64,000 nucleotides of DNA, taken from Trichoplax sp. H2 (Eukaryota). Position 1 is the first letter of the stretch. Every line of letters begins with the position of its first letter. The notes under the pieces are model-generated. The model was not told where the DNA came from and did not search any database. It saw only the letters and a list, made by a program, of their open reading frames with translations. Below, one piece after another: positions 25,841 through 38,358 of the stretch. The stretch lies in NCBI GenBank assembly GCA_003344405.1, contig NOWV01000032.1:310001-374000 (forward strand), given 5' to 3'. The position numbers and the translations under genes are program-made.

Positions 25841-28487
25841 TTAGTTCGGCGGGAAAATACGTCGTGGCATAGGCCAAACAACCTCTAAGTGTAATCAAAA
25901 ACGATTACGTATGAGCAAAATGTTACTACCCGTTTATGACTATTGTATAAGCTCATTGAATGGGGTAAAAATGCGACAGATTTTAGTTCACCTAATTCGT
26001 AACATGGACCTAGGTTAATGATGGTATAACTTACCCTCATCGAGAATAATATTTAGAGGAGCGTAATACTTCTCTTGATATTCTACAGCCCCACATAGCT
26101 CATTTGATCTTAGTAAAACTTCGATATCACCTAGATTTGACGTCATAACCGATATTTCAATATGTCGAAATCATAAAAAGAGCTTTTCATTCGAATCAAT
26201 TTATGAAATGAAGTGTTCCTATCTGGCCGCATTAGCAATAATTTCTTACTTTGTGGGTATAAGTCGCCTGGAGATTTTTCAACCAGAACATCAATAGCTG
26301 AATGCAGATTGATCTGATTCAAAAAGAAATCAAGTGCAGGATTTACTTACTTTATGTAAGAGCTATAGAATGTTTCTATCATATTCAAATAGCTAGATCA
26401 TCTATAGTATTTAAAAATAATTTTAAATATGCCGACGGAATCATATAAAATACATTTGTCTTACTTCTGGAACTTTCACTAAATGTTTACTTAATTTTGT
26501 TATTGCTCTTAGGCATTGTAGCACCTAATACAGAAAGATTTGTAGATATGTTATTAAATATAATTAAGATGTAATAATTCTCACGCAACATTATAACATT
26601 GAGGAACAATCATTCAAATTATTACAGTAACATCTAAAGAATTACACAATATGTAGCAGATATAGTGGAATGGATAGAAATCCAGCTAAATTAATGCAAT
26701 AATAGTAGAAGTAAGAAAACACGATCACATCACCGAACATTAGCAATGCAGAAATATAAAAATTTTAAATTAATTTATGCATTTATAAGTAAATTCTACG
26801 TTACTGTTTACAAAATTATTGCTTCAAAGATCTTATTGCTTACCATCACATCTATAGGTTCATTAGAATTTGCATTAGCCAAGTCATTTACTTGAATTGC
26901 AGGCATTTCCAGTATATGATAACTCCAGTACGAGAACATACGATTGCTTATATGATAACCGTTACGGAAAAATACGAATATAAAGAATACATGATGTTAT
27001 ATTATAATTGTAAATATCAAATATGCTGCGTTCTGACGGTAAAGTTGAATGTTATATCACATTTGTACACCAGTATTTGCCATTCATTAAACGCGTAGTA
27101 AGTAATTATTTTCTCGAATTGATAAGATACATCACTAATCAAGGTTAAAGCTTTCGTATTGCTAATCACGGCTCTATATTATGGTAATAAAAAATTAATT
27201 AGTTGTTAGTGCTGATATAGTTTGAGCTCTTAATAAGTCATTTAAAGCCTAAGATGCGATTACATCATACCTTTAGCTTAAGATATTTTATTAAGTATCA
27301 AAATTATTTTTATCCTCGAAAATCGGTTAAATAATTAATTAATCATTTGTTCGAGAAATTTCTTACGTATTATTCGTTTCACTCAGCTCCTGTTCTTTGA
27401 TGATATCATTTAGTGCTTCAGAAGATACCTAGAATATTAAAATGAAATAGCATATTATTCATAAAACTATATTTCACACTCAAAATTAAATTTTTAGTTT
27501 AAGAAAAGGCAACTACCAATTTTTGTTACGATTTTGTATAAACATTTCAGCCAAACATTACTAAAGCACCGAAATAGCTTTCGATTACCTCAAGAATATG
27601 CATAACATGATATGGGTAAACAAGTAATAATCCTGTTATACCATCGCCTTCAAAATCGGTTACGTATTTGCGGAATAGATTTTGAAAATAATCTAAGAAT
27701 TGAATCATAATTATGAAAATAAAGACGTTGTCATGGATTAAATCATCTGTAATTAGTATTAAGTTATTATAAATTATATAGTTACTCATTTGGGAGAAAC
27801 AACCGATGGTTAAAGATACATATACCAGCAATGGTTGATAAACTTAAATGAATGAGAAATAACCAACTACAACTGCTAAAGTAGTAGCTCTAGGCAACTT
27901 ATAAACTTTTTAAAACGCTAAAAATTGATTTCTTGCTAGTCATGAAGTTCTTAAAATGTACTTAATCTAAAATACCATAGGATAGCCCTAAAGCTAAATG
28001 TAGAGTAATCATTTATTAAGGAAGTAGAACATTTGTTTATTTACTTGCTCTTATAGTATCAAATGCAGTATACAAGCACTACTGGTACTTTTTGGGAAGT
28101 GCTTGCGCTGATATTCCACTACTATTGTATGTATACGTATGAATACTTTTCTTAGTTACATACGGGGGTACTGGCCGTAATTGATAAACAATATTAAATT
28201 TACCTCCAATTTCTTTTTTGTTATTAACTGTAGGGGCAATTCTTGCAATGTAAATCAAACGATGTAATATTTGTCGCTAAAATTAGCAGTACAAGATTAT
28301 AAGATTGCCAGTAAGCGCTACGGTATATCAGCTTTTATTTACAAAATTTTAAGGAATAACTAAGATATGAAAATTATTTTGGATCTACCTTGTTCACAAT
28401 CTTGTTTTTTTCTGTAATGATGTCAAGAAGAGAAATATTGGGTGAATCATAAATAAGGGCACTGTCTGGTCGATGTATACTTGCCAT
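25841..28487 (-). CDS. TEX47: TEX47 / MOT7 / DYBLUP-family BLUF-like axonemal dynein-associated protein, 10 exons
   Basis: Spliced protein MASIHRPD...SLLDIITEK...ILHRLIYIARI...GDGITGLLLVYPYHVMHILEVS...ISDISNRMFSYW...YYAPLNIILDEEVVWPMPRRIFPPN*. The GLLL(V/I)YP...HILE, R.F..W and EVVWP.P motifs match the TEX47 family as I recall it. One junction needs a non-canonical intron (26952-27130). Confidence 0.88.
26952..27130 (-). other. Probable U12-type (minor spliceosome) intron with GT-AT termini
   Basis: On the minus strand the 5' end is GTATCTTATC, a branch-like TTTTTCCGTAAC ends 9 nt before the 3' end, and the 3' end is ...TTATCAT|ATA AGC AAT CGT. This junction keeps the frame and gives a gapless fit to the family motif. 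Confidence 0.65.
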
Positions 28488-28882
28488 TTCGCGAAATGAT
28501 GAGATTTTGGATTATGATTGACGCTGTACAATATAGTAATGGACAAATTATAAGTGTAAGGTGTAAATTGTCGATTCTATCTGTGACCCCGCACAATGTA
28601 CGTACAGTAAACAATCAAATCATCGGTACTTTTTGTTATATAATATTGCAATTTATTGTCGTTGACTTGTCGGTGAGTTGTTGTACGGACCACTAGAAAG
28701 AGATCTCAGTCTCTTCTTGCGATTTTTGGTACTGCAATATTAAGCATAGTACACTACTCACTATTTGTAACATCATAGATCATCAGTAGTTCAGTACCGT
28801 TTATTGCGTGCTTTTCGGTAAGTAGTATTGTACCACGCGTGAGAAAAATTTTAACTGTACACTATAACGTAAGTTTCCTTTC

Positions 28883-28896
28883 ATTGCCTTGACAAC
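28883..28896 (-). promoter_or_regulatory. Candidate RFX X-box upstream of the ciliary TEX47 gene
   Basis: GTTGTCAAGGCAAT on the minus strand, about 400 bp upstream of the ATG, resembles the X-box palindrome GTTGCCATGGCAAC. Confidence 0.4.
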
Positions 28897-31800
28897 ATAA
28901 CAATAACCTTTCTTAAAGTTTCTTAACTCGCACAGTATATACTGCATACGTACTATACAGTATACACTACGAGTAATGTACTGCACATTATGACGATCGA
29001 AAACGAGATTAAGCCGGATACGGAAAAAAGAAATTGACAATCTAGGCCTTCAACACTACAGTAGTAGCAATATTCGATGTATCTGATAGTATGGTTTATG
29101 GCATGTACACAATATTGCATGCTCAAATTTTCAAAGCTTGCTTTGCTGCCGAATAGAATTTTTTCGAAATCTACAGCTAGTATGGCCATTATGAACAATA
29201 AATAAAAAAGATTGAACTATACCTATAAATTCATGCCGTAAGATTATAACGTAGTTTACAGGAGCCCAGCTTTGCTAAAAAAAATAATGAACTATTTAAT
29301 ATGTCATAGATGGAGAGGAGCTAGACGGGTTGCCTGTCGAGTTTTAAAATTTTCTCTCTTTATTTCGCTAACGTCTGTATATCGTCATACAAATTCGATA
29401 CTGCATAGAGTATTTACAGTAACGAAAAAGCTAATAAAAACAAAACTGCAAAAGCAGCCTCTTCAATATACATATTCTAACATACGTACATACTACAGTA
29501 GTACAGTACATTACTAGTATGTAGATAAAAGCACAGATGTAGATAAGTCGTGCGGAATATATCAAGCATGTAGTTATATAATATTTGAAATTCTCCATAT
29601 ACTTTACACATGGTCCATGTAACGGGATAAAATAATCTACGACGTTGCAGAGTCACGGTGCTGTTACAACGAACAAAACACGTATTTCACATGTATAGTA
29701 AATATACAGTAAAATACTCTAACGAGTATTACTGCTGCTATATCACGTTTAAATTTATTAATAGGTTACTGTCTATTGCTTTTATTATCTCAGTCACAGT
29801 CGACTTTATGTACTACATAGACAAGACGGTACGTTATAGGGCACTATAAGATCTGTCATCATCCACAATGGATATAATACATTTATAGTCCAACCACGCC
29901 GTAACTATTATTCTCTATTTTAGTACAGATCTCATAAATTCTGAACAATCCAAAAACTGAATATTCATTCCTTTATAAATAGCAAGTCTATTGACATCTT
30001 AACAGCTCTAGTACAATTACTGTACTTACACCAATTAAATGCTAGCTATATTTTATCATTTGTCGTTAATTCTGTTAATTTACGCATTTTATAAATTTTT
30101 AAGTCAAATCTTACTTAATAGCCACTAATTGTTATTTGCATTATATTGGTGATCCAAATATTCTTAGGTTTTGATGCCCTTGTCGTATTTTACTCTTTTT
30201 GTAGTATATTACTACTACGCGTATATCTCTACTTCGCTTCTAGCGGTTTCTCAGGACAAGGCCAGACAATATCTATCAATCAACAAATGTACGTCTAGTA
30301 AATTGTTCATTGCATTTCAATTTAAGAACTTTTAAGAAATATACATTTGTAGTAGTGATGATTAACTTATTATAAACTGGTACATTTTTTAAACAGAACT
30401 AATATAAGCGTTTATGCGAACAATCATAATATCTAAATTGTTTTATGATAATTAATATTGTAGACTAGACAGGATATCACATGAAATATATCCAATAAAC
30501 TTATTTCAACTCTTTGTTACCACTGTCCAATGTTATATCGAAAATTTTCGAATTGCGAGATTGGTAGCTTAAAGCACTACACATCTGAGGTGACCCTAAT
30601 ATGTATTTTAGGTACTCTATCCGAGCATGAAATTTTATGAGTTTAGAATATTAAAATAAATTTTATATTAGCAAAGAATTTCCATTTTTAGATCGAAGTA
30701 TTATGTACCAGTAAATTATATAAGATTAATAATTATAATAAGGATACCTTGATCAATAAGTAAGTTAGGAACATTTTCCTGTAAATGTAAGAGTTCAGAT
30801 GCCATGTTGCTCTAAACCGAAGACGATATCTGTTACGGAAGCTATCAATATCTATCGAAGTACACGGTCAATATACAGTATTCAAAATTTTTTGCCCATT
30901 AATCCTATAATTCTAAATAGGACCTGTACCTTTGGAATTTTTGATAAGTATCTTCCAATTTTTAGTAACGAGCTTATACATTCTAAGACCTAAGAAATTT
31001 GATCGTATGCCATATTATTAACGCAGGAAAAACTGTTACAAGTCAAGCGGAGCCTAGTTCTTTATGCAAGAACATTATAGACCATCCCAGTTTGCGACAA
31101 TGATCAACAAGATATCGCTGAAACAGTTATACTGACCATACAAAAGCTGCTCTGACTATATCTAGTTAGCCATTGTTCCAACTGGGGTGGCTTAATAAAC
31201 AATTTTCTACCGATAAGTATTAATACCTCAATAATTTAGAATAAACGATAGATTCGAAGAACTACGCGTAAGTGATTAAATATATTGTTATGAATCATCT
31301 TACAATATCATCTACTGATGACGATGGCGATACATATTCACTACTTTCTAGAGGATTCACAATAATGTTGTGGCAGCTCCATTGAGAAAAAACTCGCTTA
31401 TAGGTTTAGACATAGTTAAGAACTTTACGTATGAAAATATGCGTATGACATTACATTCAGCAAAGTTGATAAGGATTCATGTTCGGTCTTCTGCGACCAT
31501 ACAAAATGACATAAATGTAAAAATTATTTTCCATAATTAATTTCAAGCTTCTCTCCTAGTAACAACTTCGCAATTACAAAGTTAAAAATTTGGGAAAGGA
31601 TATATTACTTGACGCCATTATGAACCGACAAACTGAAATGTAGCCCCTAACATTTTTCGATCCAAATACGAACGAATTAGTATGAATAGTAAACATGGAA
31701 GTAATAATGTAGCCATTACTAATAATTAATGAATAAGAGTTCACCAGGATTACTAAATTTAAACATATTTCAAGTAAGCAAAGCATGTTGGGCAGTAGTA

Positions 31801-33189
31801 AATATCACCATTAAATTGCAATATCATAAACACTCTCAGGTGAAATCAAATAATGATATTTCTCAATTTTACTATAACATAAACTTTCAGCAATTTAGAA
31901 ATATGTCCTTAAGTAAACATTAACTGCTGCCTAATTTTTAATTATTATACGAGTTATGCACGGGTAGCTAGCAAAATGACTTCACAAAACTAAGCCAAGC
32001 ATGGGTAAGAGTATGATCTGAAACAGTAATTTTTAGGTAATTTGATGATAGCACTTTTGTGTAGGTACAGAAGTATTTGATATGCATTATGAAGTCTTAT
32101 TAACGAATCTGAGAATATAACGGAAGTTTTATGATCGTATGGTAGAGTTATCAATACATTTCAATAACCAGGTCGATATACCAGTCATCATACTTACATT
32201 TTCCCTTTTTCATTATCAATCAAATCATTTATCATAACTTCATAGTTGTTGTAATCGCACTTCAAATTAAATTCATTAGTATCAGTGTAATTCAAGTATT
32301 TTTTAGTTACGATGTTTAGCTACACCATATGAGACAGAATCATAAAGAAGCTTTACTTAATCATAATCGTCATAAAGAATAAATCTTACCTCAACCAGAT
32401 GAATACAATATTGAGGATAAACTAATAGCATTCCCGTTATTGCTTCTTTTCCGTAATTAATTTCATTAATTTTCAGTAATTTTGTATAGTAATCTTTAAT
32501 TTATGAAAGTAACTATAATTATCACTTCTGTAAATGCATATATACACAGTGTACCGCTACATGAAACTAAGAGCATTAGAGAAGAATCAATGTTAAAAGC
32601 TTAATTTAATTTATATATGCGTATGCTGCAATCGAACCTGAAACATGCATATTACCTACTTACTTTCAAACTACAGAAAATGTCTAAGAGAATCTCGGAA
32701 AGATAATGCTAATGTAATCAATAACTAATTAACTATGAATAATTGTATGAATATAAAATATCTCTAATCTTCACAAGAAATTTACCTTTTGCAAGTAATT
32801 GCATCATAAAATCTTAACTGATTTAGCTCATAAACTCTGCCAAGTACAGATGCTTTATAGCTATTATTATTTATCTAACCCAAACGAAATATTTCGAATA
32901 TTTATTTGTATTTCAATGTTAATGAGGTTTGAACGATGATCAATTATTTCCGATTGCTACACATATAAATCTAACCAAAGTTATTCATATGCGTGATCAG
33001 CATATGCTACTGCCCATAGAGAATAAAGAGAAGCCTAAATGTTTTATTTTATTTTTATCTGTTGTATATCTAATCACGTGTATACATACGGTATGAAATT
33101 ACCACTATAATTTACTTATGATACGACGAGCTACCGTTATTATGACAGCAAATTTCAGATATCCAAATAACAATCATTAGAGTAAAGTA

Positions 33190-33666
33190 CTCTATATTTT
33201 CCAAAAACTGCTTTTCTTGCTTCTTCGATCAGTAGCCACCCTTGCATGAAGAAGCATTGGTCACCTTGCTTGGTGCAACATAAATTTTAAAGTAGTTTAA
33301 TACTTCAATACTTACTACGTCTGCATACAATTTCTACAGATATTGTTTCTTATATCAATTTTGTAGTGTATTTAGAATATACTGTAACTATATTCTACTC
33401 TTAAATATAGACATGTTGTATTGCTCTTATATTTAGACAGATCTACAGTCCGCTTACTCTACATTCATATATAGACNNNNNNNNNNNNNNNNNNNNCTCT
33501 ATATTTTCCAAAAACTGCTTTTCTTGCTTCGATCAGTAGCCACCCTTGCATGAAGAAGCATTGGTCACCTTGCTTGGTGCAACATAAATTTTAAAGTAGT
33601 TTAATGCTTCAATACTTACTACGTCTGCATACAATTTCTACAGATATTGTTTCTTATATCAATTTT
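33190..33666 (+). repeat. About 170 bp near-identical direct duplication flanking a 20-N assembly gap
   Basis: 33190-33362 and 33497-33666 differ by one 3-bp indel and one A/G substitution. The Ns are at 33477-33496. Confidence 0.92.
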
Positions 33667-36600
33667 AATGAAAATCGTGGGAATATTTTATTGTTTTGTT
33701 TTCGTGGCACAGAAATAATTATACCGAAAAACTAAAAACTGTCTTCAGTTTAAACTTCAGCAGTAATTAATATCGGTTATGTGCGTAAGTGCCTAATTGT
33801 TTTTGATCTATTTCTATACTTCTTATTTGAAGATCTTAAAACTATGAACAATTTAGAAGTACGAAAATGTAAATAACCATTACACGCATACATAGAAAAC
33901 TAATTACGTGAAATATAAACATTAAGTATGAACGTAAATAATTAGAGCTTATTATAGCTAGAATTGATCTTAAATTGGTAAATTACGCCGAAGAATGTAG
34001 CTGATATAGTGCAGTACTAGGCAAAGCGATTCCCAAATGTGAGTAGTAGAATACATACAAGCTTTCGCGCGTGATATTTCGCATACTTGTTAATTCGAGA
34101 ACCCGCTACAGTAGCGCCCGTATTATTTAAAATTTCACTTTCTGGGTGAGATTTTATGTGTTAACTAAATATCAGTAGATTCTATCCGAGTATGTAATCC
34201 TGAGTCAAATCAAAAATTACTAGCTTCTGTCATTTTACCCACTACAACCAATGCATTATCCATTAATTTACTGCAATTTAGCTCAAAACGTTAACCATGT
34301 TTTTAAAAGTCTATCGTTAAAAATAAAGATAGTCATTCAAGCACATACTGTAATGTGAGTGCTTCAAACTTAATTAAGAAGTAGATCTTTCGCTATAGCA
34401 ACTTTACCGTTCAACTTTTCATGAGTTGCGAAATTTTTTAGTTTTCCAATATAAATAGTTCGATGTATGAAGGCATTCTGTTGCAATCCAAAAGTATTAT
34501 AACATTTAGAGAAAATTGTAAGCTAAATACATACGTATCCTTGTGCCTTTAAGTACTTAATTATTCTACATAACAACCTTATTAACGGTCTGAGTCCGCT
34601 CGTGTATAATATCCAAAAGCGAAATGGGTTCTGTATCCTGTTTCTGTTCAAAGTTTAAGATCTCAGACATTCCCGAAAATTTAATTATTTCTTTTCAATA
34701 CAACGGTGAAATGATTTTTGAAAGGGATCATAAGAAATTTAAAGCTTTCATTTAGTTTGTTATGGTCGTTACGGAACTGTAGACTCAAAATGTACTTACA
34801 GTACATAGTATAGTAATTTCCCTCCAGGTGCAATGGCGATACTTTAAATAACTAGTCAGAACAAATCCATTATAAATATTACAATGATATATTTTGTTAA
34901 CTAAGCAGATTTATGTTGACTAGTAGTGATGACAACCATCCTAACAATGGATACTAATTTAAAGATTTATCTTGATCTACTTGAAGGAGTTAATACTTGC
35001 TCTACTTTATATTGATCGGTACCCTTTCTTCCATTATATTCGAAGCTGTAAACAATTAATAATAGTTTGGTCTATGGTAACGTGATACATAATAAGTGAA
35101 TTGAGTGTTTACTAACAGTACCGTAGTAAAACCTGTCTCCATTAAACTCAGTTTGATAATTAATAATATTAATGATAATCTTTACGACACCAGATCTGGA
35201 GTGATAATGTGATGTTATCACAGTCGGAGGTGGACGTTGGATGGACAATCATCCTGTTTAGCATCAATAAACAATAATAAACAACATATTGTACGTAAAG
35301 TACAGTACAGTAAAATATATGGTATATTACACGGCCAAAACCCGATCCGGCTACAGTATTATGCCGGCTAAAGTCCGAATTAAGGGCAGAAACTGTTTGA
35401 ATTTCGAGCTTCAGCCGACTATGCAAGTGCTTTAAGTATAATACTCATCATATTAAACTATTTCATTGCTCTAAGAAAGTGTTTAATTAATTACATTGTA
35501 TGGTAAGAAAGGACTAAACGAAGTTTTTCTTCTTTCACTTTAGCAAATAATCTTTCTTAAAATATATGTACTGTACTCTTATTTCAGACTTTAGCCTAGT
35601 AACTATAATAAATTAATTATATACCATTTATTATTTTGCAGATTACAGAATAATAGAGAGCAGTTTTGTACAGCAAAAACTTTTTACAATTATTATTAGA
35701 CCCAATTGATAGAATAAATTTTAAAATTATAGGCCAAGTAACATTTCGGAATCGTGACAATGAATTCACATAACAGGGCAAGTGAGCCTTGAGGGATCAC
35801 AATCTGACTGACGGCGAATATTTTATGGAGTAATTTGTTACATGGTATCATAATTTGCGCATGACATTGAATAACTTTTAACAATTAAGATTGAATGACC
35901 GTTACCTTTCACTGATGTAATCAAATATATCCTGGAATAGAAAAATTCCAGCTGACACTATGCTGTACCACAGATTTATATCAGATATATCATCTTAATA
36001 TCTATCGTATAATTCACAATGTACGTACAGTTGACTGCAAGTTAATGAAATGTTAGCAATGACAGCTCATAACTACCAGATGGATTAGCACTAAACAGTG
36101 ATCATATAGCACAGTATAATAGATTTAACATTACTTTTCGAAATTTACGTCATGCTATGTGAACATTGAGGCAATTCTTCGGTATGTCGAAAGCATTTCT
36201 GTCTTGATCTAGCAATTGCTATTGACCATGGTTATTAATAAGAATTTGACATGGTTCAGCTATGGCGTTCAGCGTTAAATTTTTCGAATATATCATTTTC
36301 ATCAGTTATAGTAAAAATTTGATATGAAAATTAAAGTAGTTGGCCTCTCGCCAATTATAGCTTCCAAATTCTTTTATATTAAGGAAAACTTCAAAGCGAT
36401 ATTCACCAAATTGTGTCTAAAATAGATGCTACCCTATCAAAATAACAAAGATTTTATAAAGAAGTAAAAATGATTACATAAATATTTTTACAGATAGTTT
36501 AGTCTACTAGATGGAATGCACAAATATTTTCTTGATACGCATTCATCTAAGGAATTTGTCTCGTAGATGATCCTGCGATCTCGTATTGTTCTTTACCTAC

Positions 36601-38358
36601 TGTCTGGCCTCACTTTAAGTTAAAATATTTCTATACATACAATAACAGTTGAAGTTTACGACCCATAAGGATAAAATTGTGATTTAAACGTTTCGACCAA
36701 TAGAATTTCCACCTAGTTTGATAAAATCAATCTTGACTTCATTACCTAATTGGATGAAGATTAACTAATTATTAACAGAGAAACTTAAAAAAACGGAGTC
36801 TACTCATTCATACTAAACGTTTACAAGTCAATAACGAAAACAAGACGTTAGTGTTTATGCTAATTACTGAATTTCTAGTTTTGTTTACTCTACGTATGGT
36901 ACCAATTGGAACGCATTGTAATTGTTTTCGATGATAGTAGATGTTTTTTTATCTACAATGTCTAAAAGTTAATTATAAGAACGGTAAAAAGCTAAGCATC
37001 CACATTCTCTTATCTGAAATTAAAACTAATGTTAAGTTCTTTGACCATTTCTAGCTAGCTACTACCCTAATATCTGGTGCTTTACTACAGCTATTTAGAT
37101 CCATTTTAATTGCATTATAGGCACGTTCATATACTAGAATGTTTTAACGTGGGATTACAGTTACAGTAAAAGATAATTTTCAGTTTAAAAACTATAAAAA
37201 CTAGCAATTACAGGGTCTTGCTAAAGATTTAAATAATCCAATCATTCATCCTAAGGGACTGTTACATTCTATAGTAGTTAGCCCTAAGAGAATTTACTAA
37301 CTATTTCAATTTTGAAGAAAATTTAACACTATCGCAATTCTATCTTCTCATACAGACTCTATAATGTGCATTAAAATACCAGTATGTAAGATAAACTTTT
37401 TACTTTCAGAAGGGCATAGCCACAATGAAATCAATTAATACTATCTAAACTTGGTCTATCTTTACCGCTATATTTGTTAGTATCTATAAATACAGATCAA
37501 TTCGATACAGCTTGCATTACAATCGACGACTACGAAAGTAACAGTAAGTTAGTGATGAGCTAGAGTATAGATGAAAGTCTGCATGTGATTAATTACCTAC
37601 CGGCTGTTATTTCCATAATCACATAATCGCCTATTATAATTACCTAAATTTATCTAAATTTATTTACAATAGTGTATCTTCCTCAAAAATGGACATATGG
37701 CGCACCACATTACATTTACGCAAACAGCTATCGTAAAATTTTATATATAATATTTAGCGCAGACTAAGTTGACATAATTCTTTCCACCTGCATCCGATGC
37801 GTAGCGATCACGACGCCTTTTATTCAATTTTATCTCTGAAACACCAGTCATACGTACTTATCGTATTCATATTACATGGCAACAATCATTTAAAATTAAT
37901 TAAATTGTGATCACCGGTTACATGACTAGACTAGTGGTCATTTTTGATCACCGTATTAGTACCTAAACCAAAATTCAGATCTTAATTTAAAATACGTATT
38001 ATATCAACATAATTCAATTTGAAAATCTATCCCAGTGGGATATCGTCTCTGATCATACAATTATTTATTTGGACTGCTGTTGGCATTAAATAAAATTTAA
38101 ATGATCAACGATTGTATATATCCGGTCAATTAAACTTCGTGGTCCTCTTTACCGACAAGACAGACGAGAATTACTGACCTAACATGAAAAAGATTTGGAA
38201 CTACTTTCTAATTTCCACGGTAATCATGGATTAGTATCTATCTAATCTTAATAGTATAAAGCGTAAATAACTGTTCGAAATTTAAAGTTAGAAAACTTAG
38301 TATTTATTATTTGATGATTTTGAATATAACGCGAATATAAAAATGGATTTAAAGTCTT

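Noticed and set aside
30990..31830. Possible decayed GPCR on the minus strand (hydrophobic ORF 31574-31786)
   Set aside because: No DRY/ERY or NPxxY-like motif is recoverable, and AT-rich DNA gives hydrophobic ORFs by chance.
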